Assembly: GCA_964291265.2 (NCBI GenBank)
Contig: OZ219747.1
Span: 192,001 to 256,000, forward strand
Reading direction: 5' to 3'
Length of the DNA stretch: 64,000 nucleotides
Source: Alphaproteobacteria bacterium
Lineage (GTDB): Bacteria > Pseudomonadota > Alphaproteobacteria > SP197
Shown here: piece by piece, positions 9,812 through 19,998 of the stretch
Position numbering within the stretch: position 1 is the stretch's first letter
How the letters are laid out: each line of letters begins with the position of its first letter
Translations under genes and position numbers: made by a program
Notes under the pieces: generated by a model
Databases searched by the model: none
What the model saw: only the letters and a program-made list of their open reading frames with translations
Told to the model about the DNA's origin: nothing

Positions 9812-10947
9812 GGATCGAGAACGCGGTCGAGGACCCAGTTGTCGATGGCGTGGACCAGGGGTTCGAGGTGACTGAACCTGCCTGGTGCGACAAAGGGTGA
9901 GCGAAGGCCTCTCTGCTGGAGACCGGAGACCTCGTTGTCCTCGATGATCGATCGGTTCCAGCGTTCGTAGTAGTTGGGCGCCAGTTCGGCGAAGTCGTTG
10001 CGCCGTGCGGTCGATTCGGGAAAGCAGGATCCGACAATCAACCGCGTCTTGCCGGCAGAGAGCGGATGGAGTTCGAGCCACCACATGCAGTCGTAGGTCA
10101 GGCCGAACATGGTCGAGGGAAAGAGAAGGATGTAGTAGGTCCCCTCGGCCGAACGGCCCTCGAGGGTGGGGATATGGGGAAAGCCCTTCATGCCCTCCAG
10201 CAGGGCGCGGCTCCCTTCGTGGCGCGTGAACAGGCCGCAGTACTGGCCATGGGCCGGAATCGGCGGATTGTGATCGCGCTTCTGCTTGTGGATGGTCTGC
10301 TGGTGAACGGTGGGAACGTGGTAGCTCTCCATCGCGTTCTCGACATAGACCTTCCAGTTGCAGTCGAGATCGTACTCGACGCGCCTGGTCGTCACCATGG
10401 CGTCGAGATCGTATGGGGCGAGGACCTGCGGCAGGTCGCCAAGCCAGGTCCCCAGAGATTCGGCCGCGGAATCGAAGTTGAGGAACATGAACCCGGCCCA
10501 GATCTCCAGTTTGAGTTCGATGAGACCGAAGTGCTTGCGATCGAAGCCGACCGTCTCCTCCATGTCCATGGCGCCGATGAGGCGTCCGTCGTCGATGGCG
10601 TAGGTCCAGGCGTGGTAGGGACAGGAAAAGGCGTGGTGGCACCGGCCCTCGCCCGACACCACGCGGGCGCCGCGGTGACGACAGGTGTTGGCAAAGGCGC
10701 GGACCCTCGAATCCCGGCCCCGGACGATGACCACAGGCACGCCGACGAAGTCGAGGGAAACGTAGCAACCCGGTTCCGGCACACGGTCTTCCCGGCCGAT
10801 GAAGTTCCAGCATTTCATGAAGATGGTCTCCACCTCGCGGCGGAAGAACTCCCCGGAGGTGTAGCACGCCCCGGGAAGAGTCTCGGCATCCAGCAGCGGT
10901 CTCCTGGTGGCCTCGTAGCGACGCGGGTCGAACAGGTTCTCGTTCAT
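9808..10947 (-). CDS. Rieske non-heme iron oxygenase alpha subunit (choline monooxygenase / quaternary amine oxygenase-like)
   Basis: CRHRG...CPYHAW Rieske motif; NWKVYVENAMESYHVPTVH mononuclear iron site. Confidence 0.9.
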   Translation of the reverse strand: MNENLFDPRRYEATRRPLLDAETLPGACYTSGEFFRREVETIFMKCWNFIGREDRVPEPGCYVSLDFVGVPVVIVRGRDSRVRAFANTCRHRGARVVSGEGRCHHAFSCPYHAWTYAIDDGRLIGAMDMEETVGFDRKHFGLIELKLEIWAGFMFLNFDSAAESLGTWLGDLPQVLAPYDLDAMVTTRRVEYDLDCNWKVYVENAMESYHVPTVHQQTIHKQKRDHNPPIPAHGQYCGLFTRHEGSRALLEGMKGFPHIPTLEGRSAEGTYYILLFPSTMFGLTYDCMWWLELHPLSAGKTRLIVGSCFPESTARRNDFAELAPNYYERWNRSIIEDNEVSGLQQRGLRSPFVAPGRFSHLEPLVHAIDNWVLDRVLDP

Positions 10948-12458
10948 CGTGCTTCCTCTTCCTTGCGTCGACGCACGAATGCCTCGAGCTCCTCGGCGCG
11001 GGCAGGATCGAGCGGCGGCGGCGCGAAACGCCGCAGCAGTTCCTTCCAGATCCCGTTGGCCCGCCGTGTGGCATTCCTGGCTCCGTCCTCGTGCCAGGTT
11101 TCGAAATTGCGCCAGTCGGACAGCATGGGCTGGTAAAACGCGGTGTCGTAGTGGCGAAGTGTATGCCGTGCGCCGAAGAAGTGCCCGCCGGGCTGAACCT
11201 CGGCAATGGCATCGAAGGCCAGCGTCTCGTCGTCGACGACGAGGGGCTGGAGAAATTCGCCGATCATCTGCAGCATCTCGGCGTCGAGCACCGCCTTCTC
11301 GAAACTGGCCGTCAGACCGCCCTCGAGCCAGCCGGCGCCATGGTGAAGGAGGTTGGCGTGGCCGAGCACCGCGCCCCAGATCGACATCTGGGACTCATAG
11401 GCCGCCTGGGCGTCGACGGCGTTCGAGGCGTTCGTGTTGCTGGACCGGTAGGGGAGACCGTAGCGGCGGGCCAGCTGACCGCCGACGAGCGCGGCCCTGG
11501 TGTATTCCGGTGTTCCGAAGGCCGGTGCGCCCGTCCGCATGTCGACATTGCTGGTGAAGCTGCCATAGAAGACCGGCGCCCCCGGAGCGACAATCTGGGT
11601 GAGGGCGATGCCGGCCAGCGCCTCGGCGTTCTGCTGGACCAGCGAACCCGGAAGGGTTGCCGGACTCATGGCGCCGGCGAGCGTGAACGGTGTCAGCGAC
11701 ACCGCCTGACCATTGGTGGCCGCCTCGATCAGCCCCTCGAGCATGGGGCCGTCAATGCGCCGTGGCGAATTGACGTTGATCGTGGTGAAGAACCCGGGTT
11801 TCCGGCGCACATCTTCCCTGGCGACCCCCCGCACGATGGCCAGCATGTCGACGGCATCGCTCACCCGCTTGCGGCCCAGGCCCGTGGCATGCCAGACCTT
11901 GTCGGAAAGCGTCAGGATCGTCTGAATGCAGTCGAGATGGCGTGTTTCGGCATCGAGATCGACCGGCGCGATGGGAACGCCGCCGCACAGGTGCAGGACA
12001 TCGAGACTCTGCATGAGCTGGATGTAGTTCCGGAAATCAGCGAAACTCCCCTGCCTGCGGCCGCCGTCGAGATCACTGGCGTTCGCCGGGCCGCCCACCG
12101 AATTGAAGGCGATGTGGTTGCCTCCGAACGTGACGGCGCGCTCGGCGTTGCGCGGATGAAGCGTGAACTCCGCCGGCGCCCGGGACACCAGCTCCGTGAC
12201 CAGCGACCGATCGAAACGCACGCATTGACCCGTCACCTCGGCGCCGGCCGTCTTGAGGTGCTCGAGCGCCTCGTCGAGCAGGAATTCAATTCCCAGCTCC
12301 TCGAGAACGCGCAACGACGTGTCATGAATGGATTCGAGATGGTCGTCGGAGATAATCCCGAGTGGTGGATAGGGATTCACGAGGCGCCTCCAGGGCGTCT
12401 GCGACACGAGGTCAGCCGCTGGGCGTCGTGTCCGCCTCTTCACATCCCGCCGTCTCAC
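10944..12458 (-). CDS. Trimethylamine methyltransferase (MttB superfamily), non-pyrrolysine type
   Basis: TPFTLAGAMSPATL; GSFTSNVDMRTGAPAFGTPE; GWLEGGL. No in-frame TAG. SD GGAGGA before GTG 12458. Confidence 0.9.
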   Translation of the reverse strand: MRRRDVKRRTRRPAADLVSQTPWRRLVNPYPPLGIISDDHLESIHDTSLRVLEELGIEFLLDEALEHLKTAGAEVTGQCVRFDRSLVTELVSRAPAEFTLHPRNAERAVTFGGNHIAFNSVGGPANASDLDGGRRQGSFADFRNYIQLMQSLDVLHLCGGVPIAPVDLDAETRHLDCIQTILTLSDKVWHATGLGRKRVSDAVDMLAIVRGVAREDVRRKPGFFTTINVNSPRRIDGPMLEGLIEAATNGQAVSLTPFTLAGAMSPATLPGSLVQQNAEALAGIALTQIVAPGAPVFYGSFTSNVDMRTGAPAFGTPEYTRAALVGGQLARRYGLPYRSSNTNASNAVDAQAAYESQMSIWGAVLGHANLLHHGAGWLEGGLTASFEKAVLDAEMLQMIGEFLQPLVVDDETLAFDAIAEVQPGGHFFGARHTLRHYDTAFYQPMLSDWRNFETWHEDGARNATRRANGIWKELLRRFAPPPLDPARAEELEAFVRRRKEEEAR

Positions 12459-12558
12459 GAGATCCTCCGGAACCTGCGGACGAGGGGCTCCGCGACGAGA
12501 CGGAGAAGCCGGCAAATCTCCCTGTTCGGCACGGCGGGACGAACGGAAGGGCCTTCCA

Positions 12559-14571
12559 TCACATGTGATCGCGTGGAACGGATTCGTTCCACTGGCGCTC
12601 CAGAAAGCGCCTGCCATGGTCGAACGCCTCGAGGGTGGCGACGATGTGAAAGGCCTCGCAATCGCAGGTGACGGTGATCCGCGTATCGGTCGCGGGCTGC
12701 CAGTCGTCCCGCTCCGCCTTGACGATGCGAATCATGTCGGTGCGCGCGCTCGCAGGATCGTCCTCGCGGATGCGGAAGATCTCTTCCGCCTTCTTCGACA
12801 CCACGAGATCGATGTCGTCGAGACGGACACGGCCGCTGTCGTCGATGCGGTGGAGCCGCACTTCGTTCAGGCCCAGGTCTTTCGTGACTGTCAGGCTCGC
12901 ATCTCCCTTCTCGAGCACGGTCACCGGGTGATCCGCCGCAAACTCGGGCCCGACGGGAGCGGTGGCGACCAACGGATCCCGGATCACCGGCAGTTGAAGC
13001 AGGGACCCTGCAACATTGAGCGTCAGCGTCGCCGTTTCCGGCGACGGCCAGACCATGGGCCAGTAGCCGGTTGCGATGGCGAGGCGTATCCTGCTGCCCG
13101 GACGAAAGCGCCATGCCGTGTCGTTCAGCTTCACGACAATGCGCTCGCTTTCTCCGGGAATCATGCCACGGGGCCATTCGTGGGAATGGCGGTGCGCGAG
13201 ATTGAGAAGACCGAAACTCACCCGGGCCGAACGACCTTCCGGCGTGACCTCGCAGAGCCGAACGGCTACCTGGGCCTGGGCACGGTCGCTGGCGACTTCG
13301 AGTGTCACCTCCGGAGCACCGAGGATGGACAGCGGTTCAGCGAGAACCGTGCTGTCGAAGATCAGCGACAGCATGTCGTCCACCGCCTGGTCGGAGGCGA
13401 ATTCCGGACCGAGACCGCCGCCGTCCCGGGGGCACCATTCACCCCCGGCCAGACCGCACGAAAGCGGTGTCGCGACACGATGCACCAGATCCCGGGTCGG
13501 TGTGCTGTCGAGTGTCGCGTCGCCGAGAAAGAAGGAGCGTGACGACGTCGCCGGCGGCCATCCGTCCAGACTCATCCAGTGACCGCCGATCACCGGGTGC
13601 ATCGGGTGAGGCGTCGACTCCTCCTGCATCCACACGGTGAGCGCCGGCTCGTGGTCGATACCGTTCTCCATGCCCTTCAGCCAGCGGTCCCACCATCGCA
13701 GGGTCTCCTGGAGGAAACCCACCGGCTCGCCTGGAAATCCGAAATGGGGATAGACGTGGGTCCAGGGTCCGACGAGGGCACGCCGGGGCGCCTGCAGTCT
13801 TTCCATCATGCGCAGGGCCGCGTTGGTGTAGCCGTCAGTCCAGCCGCCCGTGACGAAGACCGCGGCCTCGATGGCGGCCGGGTCCTCGACGATCGAACCG
13901 TGTTTCCAGAAGGCGTCGCGGCGCTGGTGGCGGAACCAGTCGATGAGCGGGCACCCCGTGGACTCGAGGCGCTCACGCCACATCTCCCGCCACGCGTCAC
14001 CGACGATGAGAGGATCCGGCCAGCGAGACAGGCACGAGAAGAGGCCGCTGCCCCAGCTGATGCCATCGTTGAGCAGGCAGCCACCCATATAGTGAACATC
14101 GTCACGGTACCTGTCGTCCGTGGAACAGCAGGTCACGATCGCCTTGAGCGACGGCGGGCGACGGGCAGCGACCTGGAGAGCCGCGAAGCCGCCCCAGGAG
14201 ATGCCCACCATGCCGGTAGCGCCGCTGCACCATGGCTGCGCGGCGATCCACGCCAGCGCCTCGCAGAGATCGTCCTGCTCGGAATCGAGGTATTCGTCGA
14301 GAAGCACGCCATCGGAGTCTCCGGAGCCGGCGAGATCGAGACGGATGGCGGCATATCCGTGACCCGCCCACCAGGGATGAGTTACCGCGTCCTGAACGAT
14401 GGTTCCGTCGAGCCGCCTGTAGGGAATCGCCTCGACGACGGCCGGCACCGTGTCATGGCCGCTGTCGACAGGGAGCCACATGCGCCCGGCGAGGCATCGT
14501 CCCCGCGACACCGGAACACGAAGGCAGCGTTCCTCGTGAATCTCTCGCGGAAACTCCGTGCGAACCGTCAT
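12559..14571 (-). CDS. CocE/NonD family hydrolase (peptidase S15)
   Basis: PYR motif; GISWGGF nucleophile elbow; GGWTDGY; GPWTH. Confidence 0.9.
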   Translation of the reverse strand: MTVRTEFPREIHEERCLRVPVSRGRCLAGRMWLPVDSGHDTVPAVVEAIPYRRLDGTIVQDAVTHPWWAGHGYAAIRLDLAGSGDSDGVLLDEYLDSEQDDLCEALAWIAAQPWCSGATGMVGISWGGFAALQVAARRPPSLKAIVTCCSTDDRYRDDVHYMGGCLLNDGISWGSGLFSCLSRWPDPLIVGDAWREMWRERLESTGCPLIDWFRHQRRDAFWKHGSIVEDPAAIEAAVFVTGGWTDGYTNAALRMMERLQAPRRALVGPWTHVYPHFGFPGEPVGFLQETLRWWDRWLKGMENGIDHEPALTVWMQEESTPHPMHPVIGGHWMSLDGWPPATSSRSFFLGDATLDSTPTRDLVHRVATPLSCGLAGGEWCPRDGGGLGPEFASDQAVDDMLSLIFDSTVLAEPLSILGAPEVTLEVASDRAQAQVAVRLCEVTPEGRSARVSFGLLNLAHRHSHEWPRGMIPGESERIVVKLNDTAWRFRPGSRIRLAIATGYWPMVWPSPETATLTLNVAGSLLQLPVIRDPLVATAPVGPEFAADHPVTVLEKGDASLTVTKDLGLNEVRLHRIDDSGRVRLDDIDLVVSKKAEEIFRIREDDPASARTDMIRIVKAERDDWQPATDTRITVTCDCEAFHIVATLEAFDHGRRFLERQWNESVPRDHM

Positions 14572-14704
14572 GCCGGGATCCTAGACTGCACGGATCACCA
14601 TGCCAATCGACCCGAGCCGAAACCGGCAGTATTCACCGTGATCGACGTGATCGACCTTCCCCCTTGCGGATTCACCACACCGCCGTGGCCCGACGCTCCC
14701 TGGC

Positions 14705-16138
14705 TCAGGAGAGGGCAAGCACGGGACGGCGTTCCGGGCAGTCGAGCCAGGGACGTCGTTCCTCCAGCACATGGCCGATGCGAAACACCGAACCGTCGGC
14801 GAAGGGCCGGCCGATGACCTGGATGCCAGTCGGAAGGTCGTCGGCGGTCAACCCTGACGGCACCGCAAGCACCGGTGAATGGCCGAACATGTTCCACAGC
14901 ACCGTCATGGCGGTCTGGGTGTCGGTGACATCCTTGCCATTGACGTTGATGGTGTCCTGTTGCCACGCCGTCGCCGGAAGGTGCGGGCAGGATACCGTGG
15001 GCGTGATGAAGGCGTCATGGCGCTCGAAGAGGGGGCCGAGATGGTCGTTCCAGACCTCGCCGGCAACATCCAGGGATCGACGGTAGTCGGAGGCCGTGAA
15101 GCGTCTGGTGGTTGCCACGAGTTCTGGCATGTAGTCGCTGACGATATCGCCATACTTCTCAAGGATTTCCGCGAATGCATCGGCCGCGAGAAACTCCTGA
15201 CCGCCATGACCGAGACGAATCGCCTCTTCAGCCCAGTCCACCGGCACCTCGGTGATGATCGCGCCGGCATCCTCGAGGGCTGTCAGGGCCAGACGGGTCT
15301 GACGTTCCACCTCGGCGGTGACCTCGTAGCAACCGAGATCGATCGAAAAGGCAATCTTCATGCCGGCAATGCTGTCGGGGTCTTCCGGTACCGTGACCCT
15401 GTCGGCGAGACTGTTGTGATCGAGGGGATGAGGACCGGACATGAGGTTGGCCATCCACGCCGCGTCCTTCACCGAACGGGTCATGGGACCATGATGCAGG
15501 TACATGGCAAAACTGCTCGGTCCGGGCATGGGAATGCGCCCGAAAGGCGCCTGCCAGCCGACGACCCCGCACTGGCTTGCCGGCTGCCGGATCGAGCCCG
15601 TGCTGTCGCCACCGGTAGCGATGGTGGCGGCGCCGGCGGCGAGGGCAGCGGCCGAACCACCGGAGGAGCCGCCAGGGGAGATGCCATGGCGCCAGGGGTT
15701 GTTGGTAACACCCCACAGGCGTGAATGGGTCGTATAGAGCCATCCGAACTCGGGCATCGTCGTGCGGGCGAAGAGGATCGCGCCGGCCTCCAGGAGCCTC
15801 GAGATGCCGGGATCGGTCACCTCGTCGACGTGATCCCTGTAGACCATCGAGCCCTTCGCCGACTTCCTGCCGGCGATACGCGCGGAGTCCTTGACCGCCA
15901 GGGGAACGCCGGCGAGCGGTGCGGGGTCCGCGCCGCCGCCCATGAAGGCTTTCTCGGCCTCCCTTGCCTGCCAGCGAGCCTCGTCGAAGTAGCAGTCGCC
16001 GAACGGGTTGATGGTATCGGAAATGGCCTCGGCCCGCTCGATCAGGGCCTCCAGCAGGTCCACCGGTGACAATGTCCGCTCCCGAAAGCACCGTGCCGCC
16101 TCGAAGGCAGACATGTAGTTGAGGTCATCATCGCCCAT
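14705..16138 (-). CDS. Amidase signature family protein
   Basis: PLAVKD; PGGSSGGSAAA; GGDSTGSIRQPA. Confidence 0.9.
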   Translation of the reverse strand: MGDDDLNYMSAFEAARCFRERTLSPVDLLEALIERAEAISDTINPFGDCYFDEARWQAREAEKAFMGGGADPAPLAGVPLAVKDSARIAGRKSAKGSMVYRDHVDEVTDPGISRLLEAGAILFARTTMPEFGWLYTTHSRLWGVTNNPWRHGISPGGSSGGSAAALAAGAATIATGGDSTGSIRQPASQCGVVGWQAPFGRIPMPGPSSFAMYLHHGPMTRSVKDAAWMANLMSGPHPLDHNSLADRVTVPEDPDSIAGMKIAFSIDLGCYEVTAEVERQTRLALTALEDAGAIITEVPVDWAEEAIRLGHGGQEFLAADAFAEILEKYGDIVSDYMPELVATTRRFTASDYRRSLDVAGEVWNDHLGPLFERHDAFITPTVSCPHLPATAWQQDTINVNGKDVTDTQTAMTVLWNMFGHSPVLAVPSGLTADDLPTGIQVIGRPFADGSVFRIGHVLEERRPWLDCPERRPVLALS

Positions 16139-16239
16139 CACCGTACTCCCGTCCCCTGCAGGCACCCAGCCGAACCAGCAGACTTGACGCTGACCGGGTC
16201 AAGGCTGCAAGGAAGGGCCGCCACGGAAGAGTGCAATCC

Positions 16240-17412
16240 ATGACACGCCCCAACCGCCCGGGGTTCGCCTCCCGCGCGATCCACGCCGGCCAGTCGCCCG
16301 ATCCCTCGACCGGCGCCATCATGACACCGATCTATGCCACGTCGACCTATGTTCAGGAGAGCCCGGGCGTCCACAAGGGATATGAGTACTCAAGGTCCCA
16401 GAATCCGACACGCGGGGCCCTCGAGACCTGCGTCGCCGATCTCGAGAACGGCAGCCGGGGCTTCGCCTTCGCCTCCGGGCTCGCTGCCACGTCGACAGTT
16501 CTGGAACTGCTGGAGTCGGGGAGCCATGTGGTGGCGGGGAATGACCTCTACGGCGGCACCCGCAGGCTGTTCACCGGGGTCCGCCAGGAAAGCGCCGGAC
16601 TGTCGTTCAGCTTTGTCGACATGACCGACGAGGCGGCCCTGCGCGCCGCCACGACTCGTGCGACCCGGATGATCTGGGTGGAAACACCGACCAATCCCCT
16701 GCTCTCCGTGGTCGATCTTTCCATGGTGAGCCGTGTTGCCCGCGAAGCCGGATGCATCGCCGTCTGCGACAACACCTTCGCCACGCCGTGGATACAGAGA
16801 CCGCTCGATCACGGTTTCGATCTCGTTGTCCATTCCGTCACCAAGTACCTCAACGGCCATTCGGACATGGTCGGAGGTCTCGTGGTGGCGGCCGACGACA
16901 GCGGTCTCGTCGACCGGCTCGCCTATCTGCAGAACGCCGTCGGTGGCATCCAGGGTCCCTTCGATGCCTTCCTTGCCCTGAGGGGGCTGAAGACCCTGCA
17001 CCTCAGGATGGAGCGTCACTCCGCCAACGCTCTCGCCATCGCCCGGCACCTCGAGAGGCACCCGCGAATCAGGCGCGTCCACTATCCCGGTCTGGCCTCT
17101 CACCCGCAGCACCGCCTCGCATCGACCCAGATGAACACCTACGCAGGCATGGTCTCGGCCGTTCTCGACACCGATCTCGCCGGGACGCGCAGGTTCCTCG
17201 AAGCGTGCCGTCTCTTTGCCCTTGCCGAAAGCCTGGGCGGTGTCGAGAGCCTGATCGAGCACCCCGCCATCATGACCCATGCCTCGGTCCCGGCTGGCGT
17301 ACGCGAGGACCTCGGCATCTCTGACAACCTGGTGCGCCTCTCGGTGGGCGTCGAGGACGAGGCCGACCTCATCGCCGAACTCGACGCCGCACTCGCCTCC
17401 ATCGGCTCCTGA
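16240..17412 (+). CDS. Cystathionine gamma-lyase/synthase (PLP-dependent transsulfuration enzyme)
   Basis: YSRSQNPTR; ETPTNP; DNTFATP; SVTKYLNGHSD; AESLGGVESL. Confidence 0.93.
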   Translation: MTRPNRPGFASRAIHAGQSPDPSTGAIMTPIYATSTYVQESPGVHKGYEYSRSQNPTRGALETCVADLENGSRGFAFASGLAATSTVLELLESGSHVVAGNDLYGGTRRLFTGVRQESAGLSFSFVDMTDEAALRAATTRATRMIWVETPTNPLLSVVDLSMVSRVAREAGCIAVCDNTFATPWIQRPLDHGFDLVVHSVTKYLNGHSDMVGGLVVAADDSGLVDRLAYLQNAVGGIQGPFDAFLALRGLKTLHLRMERHSANALAIARHLERHPRIRRVHYPGLASHPQHRLASTQMNTYAGMVSAVLDTDLAGTRRFLEACRLFALAESLGGVESLIEHPAIMTHASVPAGVREDLGISDNLVRLSVGVEDEADLIAELDAALASIGS

Positions 17413-17417
17413 GCCTG

Positions 17418-17949
17418 CAGGTACGACAAGCCATTCGGACATGGTCGAAGGCCCCGCGGTGGCGGTGGACGACAGCGATTTCGTCGACCGGCTCTCCTGT
17501 CTGCGGAACGCCGTCGGTGGCATCCAGGGTCCCTTCGAAGCCTTCCTTGCCCTGAAGGGGCTGAAGACCCTGCAGAACGTTGTCTGGCTGACACGCTCGA
17601 CCTCGCACTTGCCCCTCGAGGGGCATCCGCGAATCGGCCACGACCACCATCCTGGCCTCGCCACGACCTGGCCTCGGCTCGGATGAACATTTTCTGAGGC
17701 CATGGTGGCGGCCGTTCTCGACACCGACCTCGCCGGAAGACGCAGGGTCCTCGAGGCGTGTTGCCTCCTTGCCCTTGCCGAGGGCCCGGACGAGAGCACC
17801 CGGCCGTCATGATGCATGCTCCGGTCCCGGCTGACGTGCACGAGGAACCCTGCATCCCCGACAACCTGGTGCGCCTCTCTCTTGGGGTCGAAGACCTGAA
17901 TGAGCTCATCGCCGAAGCTGTCACCACCCTCGCTGCCATGGATCCGTGA
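17418..17949 (+). pseudogene. Decayed tandem copy of the 3' half of the upstream cystathionine lyase gene
   Basis: Colinear with about 16842-17412 (shared AACGCCGTCGGTGGCATCCAGGGTCCCTTCGA and GACAACCTGGTGCGCCTCTC), with several indels. Confidence 0.92.
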
Positions 17950-18013
17950 ACCGAGCCGGCATCGTCCCGGAAGCGGGCCTGCAGCGAACCACGACGCCAT
18001 CGATGGCGTTGCT

Positions 18014-19393
18014 CTATCGGGGACTCTCGATCCCCAGTTCACGCCACAACCAGGCCGCATCATAGGGGCGCTGCCCATGTCGGGAAGCACGGCGGGCCTC
18101 GATGTTCTCGACATTCCTGAGCCACTCGATCACGTCGCAGCGTCCATCCCCGGCAGCGACATCGCGTGGAGACCCGCGACCCGGCAGGGAGTTCGGGTCA
18201 TCGAGCGCATGGCGGTAGTGCTCATCGAGACAGACCTGTGCAAGCCGTTCCACTTCGTCTGCCCCAAGCAGCAGTTCCTCCGGTGGCGCCGGATGATCCT
18301 GTTTGGCGATCACGGCTTTCAGGTCATCGTGCATGATCGACCCGCGGCCTGCGAGATCGCCCAGAAGGGAGGTCAACACTCCGAGCCCCTGCCTGGCGTC
18401 CTCCTCTGATTCGACGGCCATGACCAGCGTTTCGTCATACAACGCGACGTACCCGATTGCCACGTCCTCGACGGTGGTCTCGGACATGTTGCTTGGGTCT
18501 TGACGCGACCACCCCGTGGCCGGAATGGAGACCCAATTCCAACCCGCATCACCATCGGGCTCGAATGCACCGTCTGCGTCGAGCAAGGCGATCACGCGAT
18601 CCCTGTCCCCGACAACGGGGAAGCACACCAGGATCAACGCCGCTACCTCGTCATCGGCCTCGCTCGACTCCACCGCCTCGGCGGCCATGGCCTCAAGGAC
18701 CGCACGCGTTATACAGATATGCGAGAACATGATGGCGACGGGCAAGAGGCGCAAGACCACGTCATGAACCGTTTCCGCCGTCGGCGTGTGATCACCCTTT
18801 CCGCCGTTGTCATCAAGTCTCTCCGTCACCTGCGCCACCGCACCCCTGAACCAGGAAACGATCGCAACCGGCGCCTCCTGCGAGAACACGAGTGTTGCGG
18901 GAGTGAACTGGAGGGTTCCCTCCACCCGGATGATACGGGCAGCCAGGCAATCATCAATCTCCGCCTCGCGGGAGACAGTCTTCTCCTCCACGGTCACCGT
19001 TTCGCCGCCTCGAACGAGATCGCGCACCGATATGCTCTGGCCCGGCACGACATCGACGACCTCATAGCAGACCAGGGACGAATCACGCAGCGCCTCAAGG
19101 AAGCGTCGGGCCGAGTACACCTCGCGCCAACCACGGCGCTTGAGAAAGTCGTCGATGATGTTGACTCCCTCATCACCAAAGCGGGTGGTGAGGAAGTCCT
19201 CAAAAATGAAAAGCTGCACCGACTCGAGATCGATGTCATCGAGCCTTGCGGGTGGAACGCCGTATATGTCTTCGAAGTCGGAGAGACATTCATAATGCGC
19301 CTCTCTCAACATCTCCAGGCGCTGCGCCCATTCGTCACGCTCCGCCCATGCGAAGAGGTTCCTGATGGCTTTCAGGGTGCTGTCGTTCAACAT
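18014..19393 (-). CDS. Hypothetical protein, 459 aa; C-terminus resembles the Xre/MbcA/ParS-like (DUF2384) domain
   Basis: Long protein-like ORF with DDFLKRRGWRE, YEVVDVVPG and C-terminal LDEHYRHALDDP..LPGRGSPR...VIEWL..VEN. Family recalled from memory. Confidence 0.65.
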   Translation of the reverse strand: MLNDSTLKAIRNLFAWAERDEWAQRLEMLREAHYECLSDFEDIYGVPPARLDDIDLESVQLFIFEDFLTTRFGDEGVNIIDDFLKRRGWREVYSARRFLEALRDSSLVCYEVVDVVPGQSISVRDLVRGGETVTVEEKTVSREAEIDDCLAARIIRVEGTLQFTPATLVFSQEAPVAIVSWFRGAVAQVTERLDDNGGKGDHTPTAETVHDVVLRLLPVAIMFSHICITRAVLEAMAAEAVESSEADDEVAALILVCFPVVGDRDRVIALLDADGAFEPDGDAGWNWVSIPATGWSRQDPSNMSETTVEDVAIGYVALYDETLVMAVESEEDARQGLGVLTSLLGDLAGRGSIMHDDLKAVIAKQDHPAPPEELLLGADEVERLAQVCLDEHYRHALDDPNSLPGRGSPRDVAAGDGRCDVIEWLRNVENIEARRASRHGQRPYDAAWLWRELGIESPR

Positions 19394-19809
19394 GCATGCT
19401 CACACGGCGTTTGGTCGAGCGTAGTCATTGCCATGCCCAAGGACAACTCAGAAGATCCAATGTCGGCGCCCGGGAACCTCGATCCCAGGATGACGCCAGG
19501 TCGCAGTGTCGTCGTCCTGCCGGGGGCACGCCGTCTGGCGAGACCCTTCGCGTGCCCGCCATCATGATCCGTGCTCCGGTTCCGAACGATCTGCGCGGGA
19601 TTCCTGGAGTCACCGGCCGCGTGCCGCGCCTCTCTGCCTGTCAGGAAGACGAGTCCCATCCCATCGCCACCGTCGACGAAATCGCGTCATCCAGGGTATC
19701 GCGATCCCGAGTTCGCGCCGTATCCAGACCGCAGGGGCGCTGCCTTGACCGCGAGGCGCGCCGGGAATCGGTGCGATCACCTGGGCGCGACCCTCTCCGG
19801 TGGTCAGTC

Positions 19810-19922
19810 AGCGTTCGGTCACGCAGTGACGGGGGCATCATGGAACCGAGCGAATGCGGGCGAGACCCGGGGACATGTGCGCAGTTGCCACCGTCATCCT
19901 CATCATCCTGTGAGCGAACGCT
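19810..19922 (-). repeat. MITE-like element copy 1
   Basis: Ends AGCGTTCGGTCAC and GTGAGCGAACGCT are inverted. Interior aligns with 31832-31949 and 58571-58721. Confidence 0.8.
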
Positions 19923-19998
19923 CACAGCGTACTTCGTGTCATCAACCCGGGAGTTCGCGCCCGTCTGGTCAAAGCGCAGGCACGGTCCAGGGACATGC

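Noticed and set aside
8822-11212. Apparent 796-aa fusion ending in a D-2-hydroxyacid dehydrogenase
   Set aside because: The N-terminal extension is an off-frame read of the Rieske gene. The real start is 9811.
10944-12458. Possible pyrrolysine recoding in the MttB homolog
   Set aside because: The ORF is uninterrupted, with no in-frame TAG and no pyl genes in the window.
17418-17949. Possible DGR template/variable repeat pair
   Set aside because: Differences are not adenine-specific, include indels, and no intact RT is nearby.
19908-19927. Palindrome CTGTGAGCG-AA-CGCTCACAG resembling a lac/CRP operator
   Set aside because: It overlaps the end of the MITE-like repeat, lies downstream of a gene and has the wrong spacing for CRP.
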